Positions 15,001 through 24,609 of a stretch of 64,000 nt of DNA are shown piece by piece. The notes below the pieces were generated by a model that saw nothing but the letters and a program-made list of their open reading frames with translations, was not told where the DNA came from and made no database searches. The position numbers and the translations under genes were made by a program. This DNA is from Mizuhopecten yessoensis (Eukaryota): assembly GCF_002113885.1 (NCBI RefSeq), contig NW_018407219.1, positions 184,302 through 248,301 of the forward strand. The letters are read 5' to 3'. The stretch's first letter is position 1. Every line of letters starts with the position of its first letter.

Positions 15001-18000
15001 TTTATAACTACAGGAATACGCTGCTGTGCTACATGAGCGAGAGAGACAGACCATTAAGGAGAAACACAAAGACTACGAAGTGGTAAGGATAGCATCAGTG
15101 CAGACATTATCAAATCATCCTCACAATGTTATACAAACATCCACAATGTCATCAGAGCAATTATATTGTCCTACAACCTGTTAAAAAAGGTCATAATTAT
15201 AGTGTCCTACAACCTGTTATGATGTCATAATTATATTGTCATACAACCTGTTATAATGTCATAATTATAGTGTCCTACAACCTGTTATAATGTCATAATT
15301 ATAGTGTCATACAACCTGTTATAATGTCATAATTATAGTGTCATACAACCTGTTAAAATAATCCTTATGGCGTCTAAACCATTATATTGTCAAAATCAAA
15401 ACAATAACGTCATCAAAACCATTACAATGTTGTAAAGAAATCACTGTGTCATCAGAACAGTCACAGATACCTGAACACCATCACAAAGTCGTAAAGAAAT
15501 CACTGTGTCATCAGAACAGTCACAGATACCTGAACACCATCACAAAGTCGTAAAGAAATCACTGTGTCATCAGAACAGTCACAGATACCTGAACACCATC
15601 ACAAAGTCGTAAAGAAATCACTGTGTCATCAGAACAGTCACAGATACCTGAACACCATCACAAAGTCGTAAAGAAATCACTGTGTCATCAGAACAGTCAC
15701 AGATACCTGAACACCATCACAAAGTCGTAAAGAAATCACTGTGTCATCAGAACAGTCACAGATACCTGAACACCATCACAAAGTCGTAAAGAAATCACTG
15801 TGTCATCAGAACAGTCACAGATACCTGAACACCATCACAAAGTCGTAAAGAAATCACTGTGTCATCAGAACAGTCACAGATACCTGAACACCATCACAAA
15901 GTCGTAAAGAAATCACTGTGTCATCAGAACAGTCACAGATACCTGAACACCATCACAAAGTCGTAAAGAAATCACTGTGTCATCAGAACAGTCACAGATA
16001 CCTGAACACCATCACAAAGTCGTAAAGAAATCACTGTGTCATCAGAACAGTCACAGATACCTGAACACCATCACAAAGTCGTAAAGAAATCACTGTGTCA
16101 TCAGAACAGTCACAGATACCTGAACACCATCACAAAGTCGTAAAGAAATCACTGTGTCATCAGAACAGTCACAGATACCTGAACACCATCACAAAGTCGT
16201 AAAGAAATCACTGTGTCATCAGAACAGTCACAGATACCTGAACACCATCACAAAGTCGTAAAGAAATCACTGTGTCATCAGAACAGTCACAGATACCCGA
16301 ACACCATCACAAAGTCGTAAAGAAATCACTGTGTCATCAGAACAGTCACAGATACCCGAACACCATCACAAAGTCATCACATTATTATGGAATCTATCAT
16401 AATGTCATCAAACCCATCATACTATCTTCAAAATAATCATAATGTCACAAAAATTACAATGTCACCAAAACGGTAAAATATTTGTAATTACCAGTGCATG
16501 CTATAAATAATTGACACGAAATTTCAACTATAAGAATTGATTTCTTAAAATTGATAAAAGATAATGTGTTCAATCATTATTTTTGTTTTAGCCCAAGCTA
16601 GAAAAGAGTAAAATGACAGAGTACATTCAGAAAGCAATGAAGTCTGCCTCAGAATGGAACACGAGCTTCCTCCGGGAGAGGAAAGAGGAACGCAGAGCCT
16701 ATTTTGATCTTCAGACTTTTGTTAGTAACATAACTTAATCAGCATCTTGTCTGTGGTATGAGCCGTTTTGAATAAGAAATACTGTTGGCTGTGCATAAAT
16801 TATATTTCCGCACATTCATGCCAATCAATATCTGCCTGGCATTTGCCACATCTCCCCAGCAGGCTCCACATCTACACAGCAAGCATATATCTGCCCCTTA
16901 CATGCCTAACCTGTTCTACTTCTGGTTCAACTGTTACCGAGTTGTTTTATATAAATGGCAAATGAATATATAAGTTTGGTATGATTTTATAAGTTAATGA
17001 TAACTAGTTTGACTTTACCAATAACTATTGATAGTGTGTAGTATATGTAATAGGTTATGATATGACAATATTGCTAATTTGCTACTGTATTCAACCCATG
17101 ATTCATATAAACCCTCGGACTCAAGAAATGGGGTCTGATATGGAATTTTCAAACTCATGTGTATAACTATTTCTGTTCTGCTTCCACTGTACAGTGAGTT
17201 TGGTGACTTGTTTTATCACATATTTAGTCTCTCTCAGTACTTGTTTCAGAACATTAAAGGAATTTTCTTTCAGAATGTACACTATCCAGCTGGTCGGTTT
17301 AAGGTGCTTCCCACAGAGTTGACATCACCCACTCCATACCCTGTTACACTGATTCCGGGCCAGTACCAGGATTACTACAAAAGGTAGGTCACTCATACAA
17401 TGTATATAGCGTAATTTTTAAGTTGTTCATATTGATAAGTTATTGACCAATTTATGTTGAATAACTGCATGGTTTTTTTTTAAACTGGAGGGGGTGGTCA
17501 TCAAGCTATTTTTCAATGTAAACACAAGTTGAGAGATTAAACTTTCAGGAGAAAATAAAAACAGACCAATGGTACATGTTAATTTCTCATGACAGTCATT
17601 CAACAGAGGAGCTCAAGTACCTACCCCTCAACACTGCTCTGTTCAATCCACCGAAACAGCTGGGTAACAGTCTGGCCAATCCTCAGGAGGTCTTGTCTGA
17701 GGATGCTTCAGAGGAGGATGCGGAGGTAAGGTCAAGGTCAACATTCAAAGGTACATCAAGGTCAACATTTAAAGTCCAGTCAAGGTCAGAGGAGAAAAAA
17801 CTGATTATTCCAAGATTCCAAGGTTAGGTGTTCTGTGAAGGTCATGATTACAGAATCTTGTCTGACTTAATGCTGTTAAAATCAGAAAACATGTGAAGGT
17901 ATTGTGTGAAAGGAGCTTGTCTAAAAGATCTGTCATTAGACCAAAGTCAAGGAAGACAAAGATATCAACTGGTAAAATTTAATAATATAATTCAAATAAA

Positions 18001-21000
18001 GAGGTACTACAGAATCTCTTGTTGTCACAGTAATTTCATATTCAACATTCTTTGCTTCATATATATTTAGTAGGAATACATGTACTTCCATCAGCAGGAT
18101 TTGGTTAAATCACTATGATTCCTAGGAGAAAGTAAAAGTGAAAACCTGGTTAAACAATTTTAAGCCCACCATCAGATGGTGGGCTATTCAAATCACCCTG
18201 CGTCCGCCGTCCATCCTTAAACAATTCTTGTTAGCTCACCTGGTCCGAAGGACCAAGGTGAGCTTATGCCATACCGTGGCGTCCGTCCCCAGGGGGCTGA
18301 GGGGTGGGTCAAAAGGGGTCAATTTGCTCATATTGCTTTAAGCGACTTCTTCTCTGGAACTAAGAAGTGGATATCAACCATATTTGACTGGAAGCATCCC
18401 TAGGTGGTGGTGATTAAAAATTGTACAAATGGTGGGGCTGACCCCCCAGGGGGCTGAGGGGCAGGGCAAAAAAGGGTATTTGGCTATACTGCTTTAAGCG
18501 ACTTCTTCTCTGGAACTAAGAAGTGGATTTCAACCATATTTGACTGGAAGCATCCCTAGGTNNNNNNNNNNNNNNNNNNNNNNNNNNNNNNNNNNNNNNN
18601 NNNNNNNNNNNNNNNNNNNNNNNNNNNNNNNNNNNNNNNNNNNNNNNNNNNNNNNNNNNNNNNNNNNNNNNNNNNNNNNNNNNNNNNNNNNNNNNNNNNN
18701 NNNNNNNNNNNNNNNNNNNNNNNNNNNNNNNNNNNNNNNNNNNNNNNNNNNNNNNNNNNNNNNNNNNNNNNNNNNNNNNNNNNNNNNNNNNNNNNNNNNN
18801 NNNNNNNNNNNNNNNNNNNNNNNNNNNNNNNNNNNNNNNNNNNNNNNNNNNNNNNNNNNNNNNNNNNNNNNNNNNNNNNNNNNNNNNNNNNNNNNNNNNN
18901 NNNNNNNNNNNNNNNNNNNNNNNNNNNNNNNNNNNNNNNNNNNNNNNNNNNNNNNNNNNNNNNNNNNNNNNNNNNNNNNNNNNNNNNNNNNNNNNNNNNN
19001 NNNNNNNNNNNNNNNNNNNNNNNNNNNNNNNNNNNNNNNNNNNNNNNNNNNNNNNNNNNNNNNNNNNNNNNNNNNNNNNNNNNNNNNNNNNNNNNNNNNN
19101 NNNNNNNNNNNNNNNNNNNNNNNNNNNNNTTGCTGGGCATGAAAAATCTAATATAGCTATGCTACAAGGATTGGCCTTGGGGTCTGGCATATTCCCTTGA
19201 TCTCATTTGGAGAATAGTTTGCCATGATTGCTTAGGTATCCAGGTGAGCGATACAGGCCCTCTGGGCCTCTTGTTATCGGTATATCTCAAGTACCAAAGG
19301 GATCTTTCTCAAATTTGATATGTATGTTCCCCTTGGTCCTAAGCTGTGCAGGGCAACTTTTGATACTGATCAGATAAACAACATGGCAGACATGCAGCCT
19401 TCTTGGATTTTGATAGTGAAAGTTTGTTATCGCTATGTCTGGGGAAGTACCAAAGGGATCTTTCTCAAATTTGATTTGTAGGTTTCCCTTGGTCCTAGCT
19501 GTGCAGTGCAAGTTTTGAGACTGATCGGATAAACAACATGGCAGACAGGCAGCCATCTTCGATTTTGGATAGTGAAAGTTTGTTATCGCTATTTCTGGGG
19601 AAGTACCAAAGGGATCTTTCTCAAATTTGATTTGTAGGTTTCCCTTGGTCCTAGCTGTGCAGTGCAAGTTTTGAGACTGATCGGATAAACAACATGGCCG
19701 ACAGGCAGCCATCACAGATTTTTATTGTGAAAGTTTGTTATCGCTATTTCTCGGGAAGTACCAAAGGGATCTTTCTCAAATTTGATATGTAGGTGGCGCA
19801 AGGTGCATTTACTGTTAACATGACTCGATCAAACAGATTTGAGGAAAGAAGACAAACTGACAAAGAACTAATGAAGATGGTACAATGGTGGGCGCCAAGA
19901 TTCCTTTGGGATCTCTTGTTTTGTATATAAAGAAATGGAGATCATACAGATTTGATTTTTATGTATGCTCTGTTACAGGGGGGTGCTGGGTCAGACTCTG
20001 AGAGTGATGATGACAGCAGCAGTGGAGAGTCTGATGACAGCAGTGAACAGGACAGTGGTCAAGTGGTCAGCGATGTTGTGGTGAAAGGTGGAAAGGTCAG
20101 TATACTCATAATAAACAACATTTGAAATAGTGCCCTATCTAGCTAACATAGACTACTCTAAGCACTTTACAGTACATACATATATTAATCAATAAAATTT
20201 TGTGGAATTCACAGGAGCTGCCTTATCAGGCGCTAACTACTAGTCCTATGCCACCTGGCGAATATTTCCCTATGAGTGTATGCCTGTGTGTGTGCTGGAG
20301 ATGTAATTTGTTCTGTTTGTAGTGGGACCGTGCTTCCAACGGCATCATTTATAATGCCACCTAACTTGAATGCTACAGCACAGATACCGCAACATCCACC
20401 ACAGGCCAATTTATACTCCACCTGGGTTGTTGGAGTTGTGTGGGCAGGAGAAAAACATTTTCTCTGAATATCCATGCGTATGGCGACATCGTGAACCACT
20501 CAACCAATCCGCCCATATTGTTTCAAACTTAAGATGTAACCAATTATTAACCCTGGGTTATCTGTAAAACTGTAGGTCACTTAATAGATGTTGTTTTCAC
20601 TGTGGTATATGTATATACATTTTTAATGTAAATAATGTGTGCTGTTGAACCATTCAGACAGAAGAGGACCTCACGTGTCGTATGTGTGAGAAACAAGGGG
20701 AGACAGATGAAGATATGGTTCAATGTTCAGAGTGTAAGAAGTTTGGTAAGTACTCTGTGATGTACCATCCACCTGCTTTGTCTAAGTCCATTATTAAGTT
20801 GTATCTTGTCATCATTCTTTGTTACAGGTTGGGATTTGTTTTCCCAATCGCTGTAGACGTTTGTGTTCATCCACCACTTTTTCAATAAAGTTTAATAAAC
20901 CTACAAAACATCATATATACCCTAACAGAAAATATGCATACTGCAATCTTGAAAGTATATACATTTATTTGGAAAAAATACACAACAATATAATGAATGT

Positions 21001-23922
21001 AAATAACTTTCTTTCTTGTTGATTTCATACAATAAAATAATGTTCATTATTTGGTGTTAACTTGCTTATATTACTGAATCTTAAATTAAATTGTAAAAGA
21101 CAACAAATTCAGCACATGTCATAAGATGATGGAATTCAGATTTGTTCAAGTGTGATAGGAGTGAGTCCTTCAGAGTGACTAACATGCAATCAGAAAGGAC
21201 ATATACTGTTGTAGTGAATTATGTCTGTTCTGTTGACCTGTTAAGTTGTCAAATTACACAATTGACCTGTTTGAATTTTCATCAAAGGGTACAAGATATA
21301 TAAAGCTATTTTTATGTTAAGGGCACCCTACCTGTCTGGATCTGACAGCAGAGATGGTGACCGTTATAAAAACATATCCGTGGCAGTGTATGGAGTGTAA
21401 AACATGTGTGGAGTGTATGGACCCTTATGATGAGGTAAGTAAACTCCTGGCAGTGTATGGAGTGTCCGGACCTGTATGATGAGGGAAGTAAACTCCTGGC
21501 AGAGTATGGAGCGAAAAACAGATGTGGAGTGTATGGAACCTTATCATGAAGTAAGTAAACTCCTGGCAGGGTATGGAATGTATGGAACCTTATGATGATG
21601 TAAGTAAACTCCTGGCCGTGTATGGAGTGTATGGGCCTGTATGATGAGGTAAGTATACTCGTGGCAGTGTATGGAGTGCAAAATATGGGTGGAGTGTATG
21701 GACCCATATGATGAGGTAAGTAAGCTCCTGGCAGTGTATGGGGTGTATGGAACCTTATGATGATGTAAGTAAACTCCTGGCGGTGTATGGAGTGTAAAAC
21801 CTGTGTGGAGTGTATGGAACGTTATGATGAGGTAAGTAAATTCCTGGCAGTGTATGGATTGTAAAACATGTGTGGAGGGTATGGACCTGTATGATAAGGT
21901 ACAGTTCTGTGCCAAAAGTAAAGATAAATCCAAGATGGCTGTCATTTAGGTATGTAAACTCCTGGCAGTGTATAGAGGGTAAAACATGTGTGGAGTGAAT
22001 GGACCTGTATGAATCCGTGGCAGTGTATGGAGTGTCCGGACCTGTATGATGAGGTCCATACACTCCATCCATGCTTTGCACTCCATACACTTCCAGGAGT
22101 TTCCTTACCTCATCATACAGGTCTATACACTCCATACACTGCCACGACTTTACTTACCTCATCCTACAGGTCCATACACCCCATACATGCTTTGCACTCC
22201 ATACACTGCCACACTCCATACATGCTTTGCACTCCATACACTTCCAGGATTTTACTTACCTCTTCATACAGGTCCATACACTCGATACACTGCCGGGAGT
22301 TTACTTACCTCTTCATACAGGTCCATACACTCGATACACTGCCGGGAGTTTACTTACCTCTTCATACAGGTCCATACACTCCATACAATGCCAGGAGTTT
22401 ACTTACTTCATGATAAGGTTCCATACACTACGCACATGTTTTACACTCCCTGACCTTCACTAAACATAACTCTAGCGGGCACTGACCTTCACTAAACATA
22501 ACTCTAGTGGACGCTGACCTTCACTAAACATACCTCTAGTGGAGGCTGAACTTCACTTAGCATACCTCTAGCGGACGGTGACTTTCACTAAACATACCTC
22601 TAGTGGACACTGCCTTCCACTAAACATACCTCTAGCGGACACTGACCTTCACTAAACATACCTCTAGCCGACGCTGAACTTCACTTAGCATACCTCTAGC
22701 GGACGCGGACTTTCACTAAACATACCTCTAGTGGACGCTAAACTTCACTTAACATACCTCTAGTGGACGCTAAACTTCACTTAACATACCTCTAGCGGAT
22801 GCTGACCTTCACTAAACATAACTCTAGTGGACGCTGACCTTCACTTAACATACCTCTAGCGGACACTGACTTTCACTAAACATACCTCTAGCGGATGCTG
22901 ACCTTCACTGAACATACCTCTAGTGGAGGCTGACCTTCACTAAACATAACTCTAGCGGGCACTGACCTTCACTAAACATACCTCTTGCGGACGCTGACCT
23001 TCACTTAACATACCTCTAGTGGAGGCTGACCTTCACTAAACATACCTCTTGCGGACGCTGACCTTCACTTAACATACCTCTAGTGGACGCTGACCTTCAC
23101 TAAACATAACTCTAGCGGGCACTGACCTTCACTAAACATACCTCTAGCAGACGCTGAACTTCACTTAACATACCTCTAGTGGACACTGCCTTCCACTAAA
23201 CATGTGTGGAGTGTATGGACCTGTATGATAAGGTACAGTGCTGTGCCAAAAGTAAAGATAAATCCAAGATGGCTGTCATTTAGGTAAGTAAACTCCTGGC
23301 AGTGTATGTAGTGTAAATCCTGAATGGCATGTATGGACGATGAGGTAAAATTCAGGGGTGTCATTGTATGGAGAGTAACATTGATACACTGTTACAGTGT
23401 CTGGTATGTAAGGACATTTTTACACTATAAAAATATTTTCTGTTTTATCAGGACAAGATGATATTCTGTGACCGCTGTGACCGAGGTTACCACACCTTCT
23501 GTGTTGGTTTGAGGTCCATCCCCAATGGCCAGTGGAAGTGTCGGAGTTGTAAGAGCCCAGACACTCCCCGCACACCAAAGTCATCTTCCAAGCTAAGGTT
23601 AGTACTGGAACCAGGCTGATATTCTAGCTCAACATTAATGCATTTTTACTTGGAAAAATACTGATGAGAAGAGCAATACCTTCAAATATTTTATGCATGT
23701 CTAATGGAATCAAAAGTTTTTTCTTTTTTTCTTTTCAATCAGACATCATGTTGATTTCCTTGAAAGTAATAGCTAACCTACTTTTTGGTATAGAAATACT
23801 TGATCTTGGCACCAAGATATACATTGTGTCTGTGTATCCATTTGGATGATTTAGATGGTTCTTATTCCACCAGGGGCAGAGGACGGAAGAGAGGCAACAA
23901 CACTCCAGCTAAGGATGGATGA
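1..23922 (+). CDS. PHF10: PHD finger protein 10 (BAF45a, PBAF subunit), 5'-truncated by the window edge. Exons: <1-26, 11296-11363, 15014-15082, 16592-16720, 17274-17383, 17596-17725, 19979-20095, 20658-20745, 21322-21434, 23452-23597, 23874-23922 (stop TGA)
   Basis: Manual splicing at GT/AG sites keeps one frame: VTETQCDL|[23 protein letters not shown]|[12 protein letters not shown]..|..[15 protein letters not shown]|[30 protein letters not shown]|[20 protein letters not shown]..|acidic Ser-rich linker|CRMC..CSEC|[32 protein letters not shown]..|[33 protein letters not shown]..|[10 protein letters not shown]. These motifs closely match vertebrate PHF10 as I recall it (SAY/conserved region and double PHD). 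The last small exon is less certain than the rest. Confidence 0.95.
495..990. repeat. (CA)n / C-rich low-complexity microsatellite tract (G-rich on minus strand)
   Basis: Interleaved cacacaca and ccccctcc runs, with a poly-C at about 700-723. Confidence 0.95.
1030..1252 (-). mobile_element. Degenerate tRNA-derived SINE
   Basis: Minus strand reads GTGGTTGAGTGGCACAGTGG (A-box-like) ... GGGTTTGATTCCC (B-box-like), followed by a GGGTTTTCTGGTTTCCTTTCC core typical of invertebrate SINE bodies. Confidence 0.6.
1302..1964. mobile_element. MITE with degenerate terminal inverted repeats (Tc1/mariner/pogo-type, TA ends)
   Basis: Left TACTGCATACTGAGAAGCTTTCGCC versus reverse complement of right end TACTGTATACCGGGAAAGTTTCGCC; no coding capacity. 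Confidence 0.65.
3590..3730. repeat. 16-17 bp tandem repeat (TGTTAAATGTTTGAAT / TGTTAAATGTTTGATAG)
   Basis: About 8 adjacent copies visible. Confidence 0.9.
4845..7345. repeat. 31-bp minisatellite (GTGTAATGACTGATGTACTATGTACCGACAC), about 80 copies
   Basis: Period measured directly (5229 to 5260). Confidence 0.97.
9270..9710. repeat. About 48-bp minisatellite (ATCAGTTTATAACCTGGA..CAGTTATGTTCCACTGGTAACCC), about 9 copies
   Basis: Units start at about 9321, 9369, 9464, 9512 and 9560. Confidence 0.9.
10158..10412. repeat. 35-bp minisatellite (CTGACGTCAGTACAGTACACACCTGTACCACTTAC), about 7 copies
   Basis: Period 10193 to 10228; the minus strand of most units carries CAGGTAAGT or a near variant. 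Confidence 0.92.
11337..12125 (+). repeat. 38-40 bp minisatellite derived from a PHF10 exon end plus splice donor (CACAGAGACTACCCAGATAAGTATGCT|GTAAGTATTGATA), about 19 copies
   Basis: The first unit overlaps coding exon 11296-11363 (HRDYPDKYA) and its donor at 11364. Confidence 0.95.
12201..13683 (+). mobile_element. Tc1-family (DD34E) DNA transposon, about 1.48 kb, non-autonomous
   Basis: 27-bp TIRs (12201-12227 TACTCAGCAAAAAAAGTTAAGGGTCAT; 13657-13683; 25/27 identical), flanked by TA on both sides, with an internal transposase. Confidence 0.95.
12500..13496 (+). pseudogene. Disrupted Tc1 transposase
   Basis: N-terminal HTH in the ORF from 12500; frameshift near 12670 into the 12579-13343 frame with [21 protein letters not shown] and DLNPIEHIW (34 residues between the second D and E). 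Premature TAG at 13341; the frame continues VLQRQI..LLEEW..RRCR to about 13496. Confidence 0.92.
13792..14617 (+). mobile_element. 5'-truncated Helentron-like non-autonomous element (HINE/DINE-like) with about 145-bp internal tandem repeats
   Basis: CGTC/GTCC microsatellite at the start; internal units at about 13930, 14075, 14220 and 14366; 3' end CAGGTGAGCGATACAGGCCCTCTGTGCCTCTTGT (subterminal repeat plus hairpin) nearly identical to 19241-19274. Confidence 0.7.
15160..15357. repeat. 34-bp tandem repeat, about 6 copies
   Basis: TCATAATTATAGTGTCCTACAACCTGTTATAATG, period 15191 to 15225. Confidence 0.9.
15432..16376. repeat. 59-bp minisatellite, 16 near-identical copies
   Basis: GTAAAGAAATCACTGTGTCATCAGAACAGTCACAGATACCTGAACACCATCACAAAGTC; only the last two copies carry a T>C change. 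Confidence 0.97.
18231..19274 (+). mobile_element. Helentron-like non-autonomous element B nested in element A (spans the assembly gap)
   Basis: 5' TTAGCTCACCTGGTCCGAAGGACCAAGGTGAGCT hairpin; 3' CAGGTGAGCGATACAGGCCCTCTGGGCCTCTTGT; 156-bp internal repeat (18335 to 18491). Confidence 0.72.
18562..19129. other. Assembly gap (568 N)
   Basis: Run of n. Confidence 1.
21377..22450. repeat. 49/67-bp minisatellite derived from the PHF10 PHD exon end plus donor; forward 21377-22054, inverted about 22055-22450 (one further forward segment at 23201-23350)
   Basis: Unit CTCCTGGCAGTGTATGGAGTGT[AAAACATGTGTGGAGTGT]ATGGACCCTTATGATGAG|GTAAGTAAA; unit starts at 21444, 21493, 21560, 21609, 21658, 21725, 21774 and 21841. 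Confidence 0.93.
22451..23203 (-). repeat. 32-bp minisatellite, inverted copy of the 24610-26445 family, about 23 copies
   Basis: TGACCTTCACTAAACATACCTCTAGTGGACGC is the reverse complement of the downstream unit. Confidence 0.95.
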
Positions 23923-24609
23923 TCTCTCCTCAAGGTCGCACTGTATCTGTAACCGTGACACACACCAGTGTTCGCACCATATTGTACTTGATCGTGAAAC
24001 TGCTAAGCTATCACACAATGCACAAAGCCGTTTGCAAGATTAATGAATCACAGCGATAGAACTCACAAATATAGTTGTCAGAGGACAGTGATATTGTGAT
24101 AGGAAATGACCAGTTTATACTGAGCTCTCTAAGTGAAAGGTTTTATTCCAGTACATGTAGTTTTTGATAGTGTAAATGGTTTATAAACCATTTTGATAAT
24201 TATTGTTTTACAAGTGATTTTCTCTACAAGTAAATTATAAATGTTTAGAAAGAATAGGTCACAAGAGAATCTCACCTTATTTATATGTATTCAGTGCTTA
24301 ATGTTTAGATTATATCTACATATATTCATAGGTATATAAATGTTAAGTATTTATGTAAAATTGCTCATAAGGTATCTGTAGGACTCAAGCAGTGCCTAAC
24401 TTCAGCCAAGCTTCCACCAGTACATATATTAATGGACAACATTTCTCTAAATTTGAATGTTGTAATGATCATCAAAATGCCCCCCCCCCCCCTTCTCAAA
24501 TCCCCCTAACCCCACCAGAAAACATGATTTTTTTTTTTTTTTTACAACATATGAAAGATTGTCTGTGAAAATAAAATGCAAGGGAAATACAAGGGAGAAT
24601 GAAATCCAA

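Larger units (their letters stand above)
18160..19921 (+). mobile_element. Helentron-like non-autonomous element A (host), about 156-bp internal repeats
   Basis: 5' hairpin AGCCCACCATC-A-GATGGTGGGCT at 18163; 3' ATGGTGGGC at 19885 plus hairpin and CTCTTGTT; internal units at 19289, 19445, 19601 and 19756. Confidence 0.7.

Noticed and set aside
15432-16376. CRISPR-like regular repeats (also 43525-44103)
   Set aside because: Head-to-tail repeats with no unique spacers, no cas genes, eukaryotic intron context.
18516-19190. Long ORFs of about 200 aa
   Set aside because: Artefacts of the N gap.
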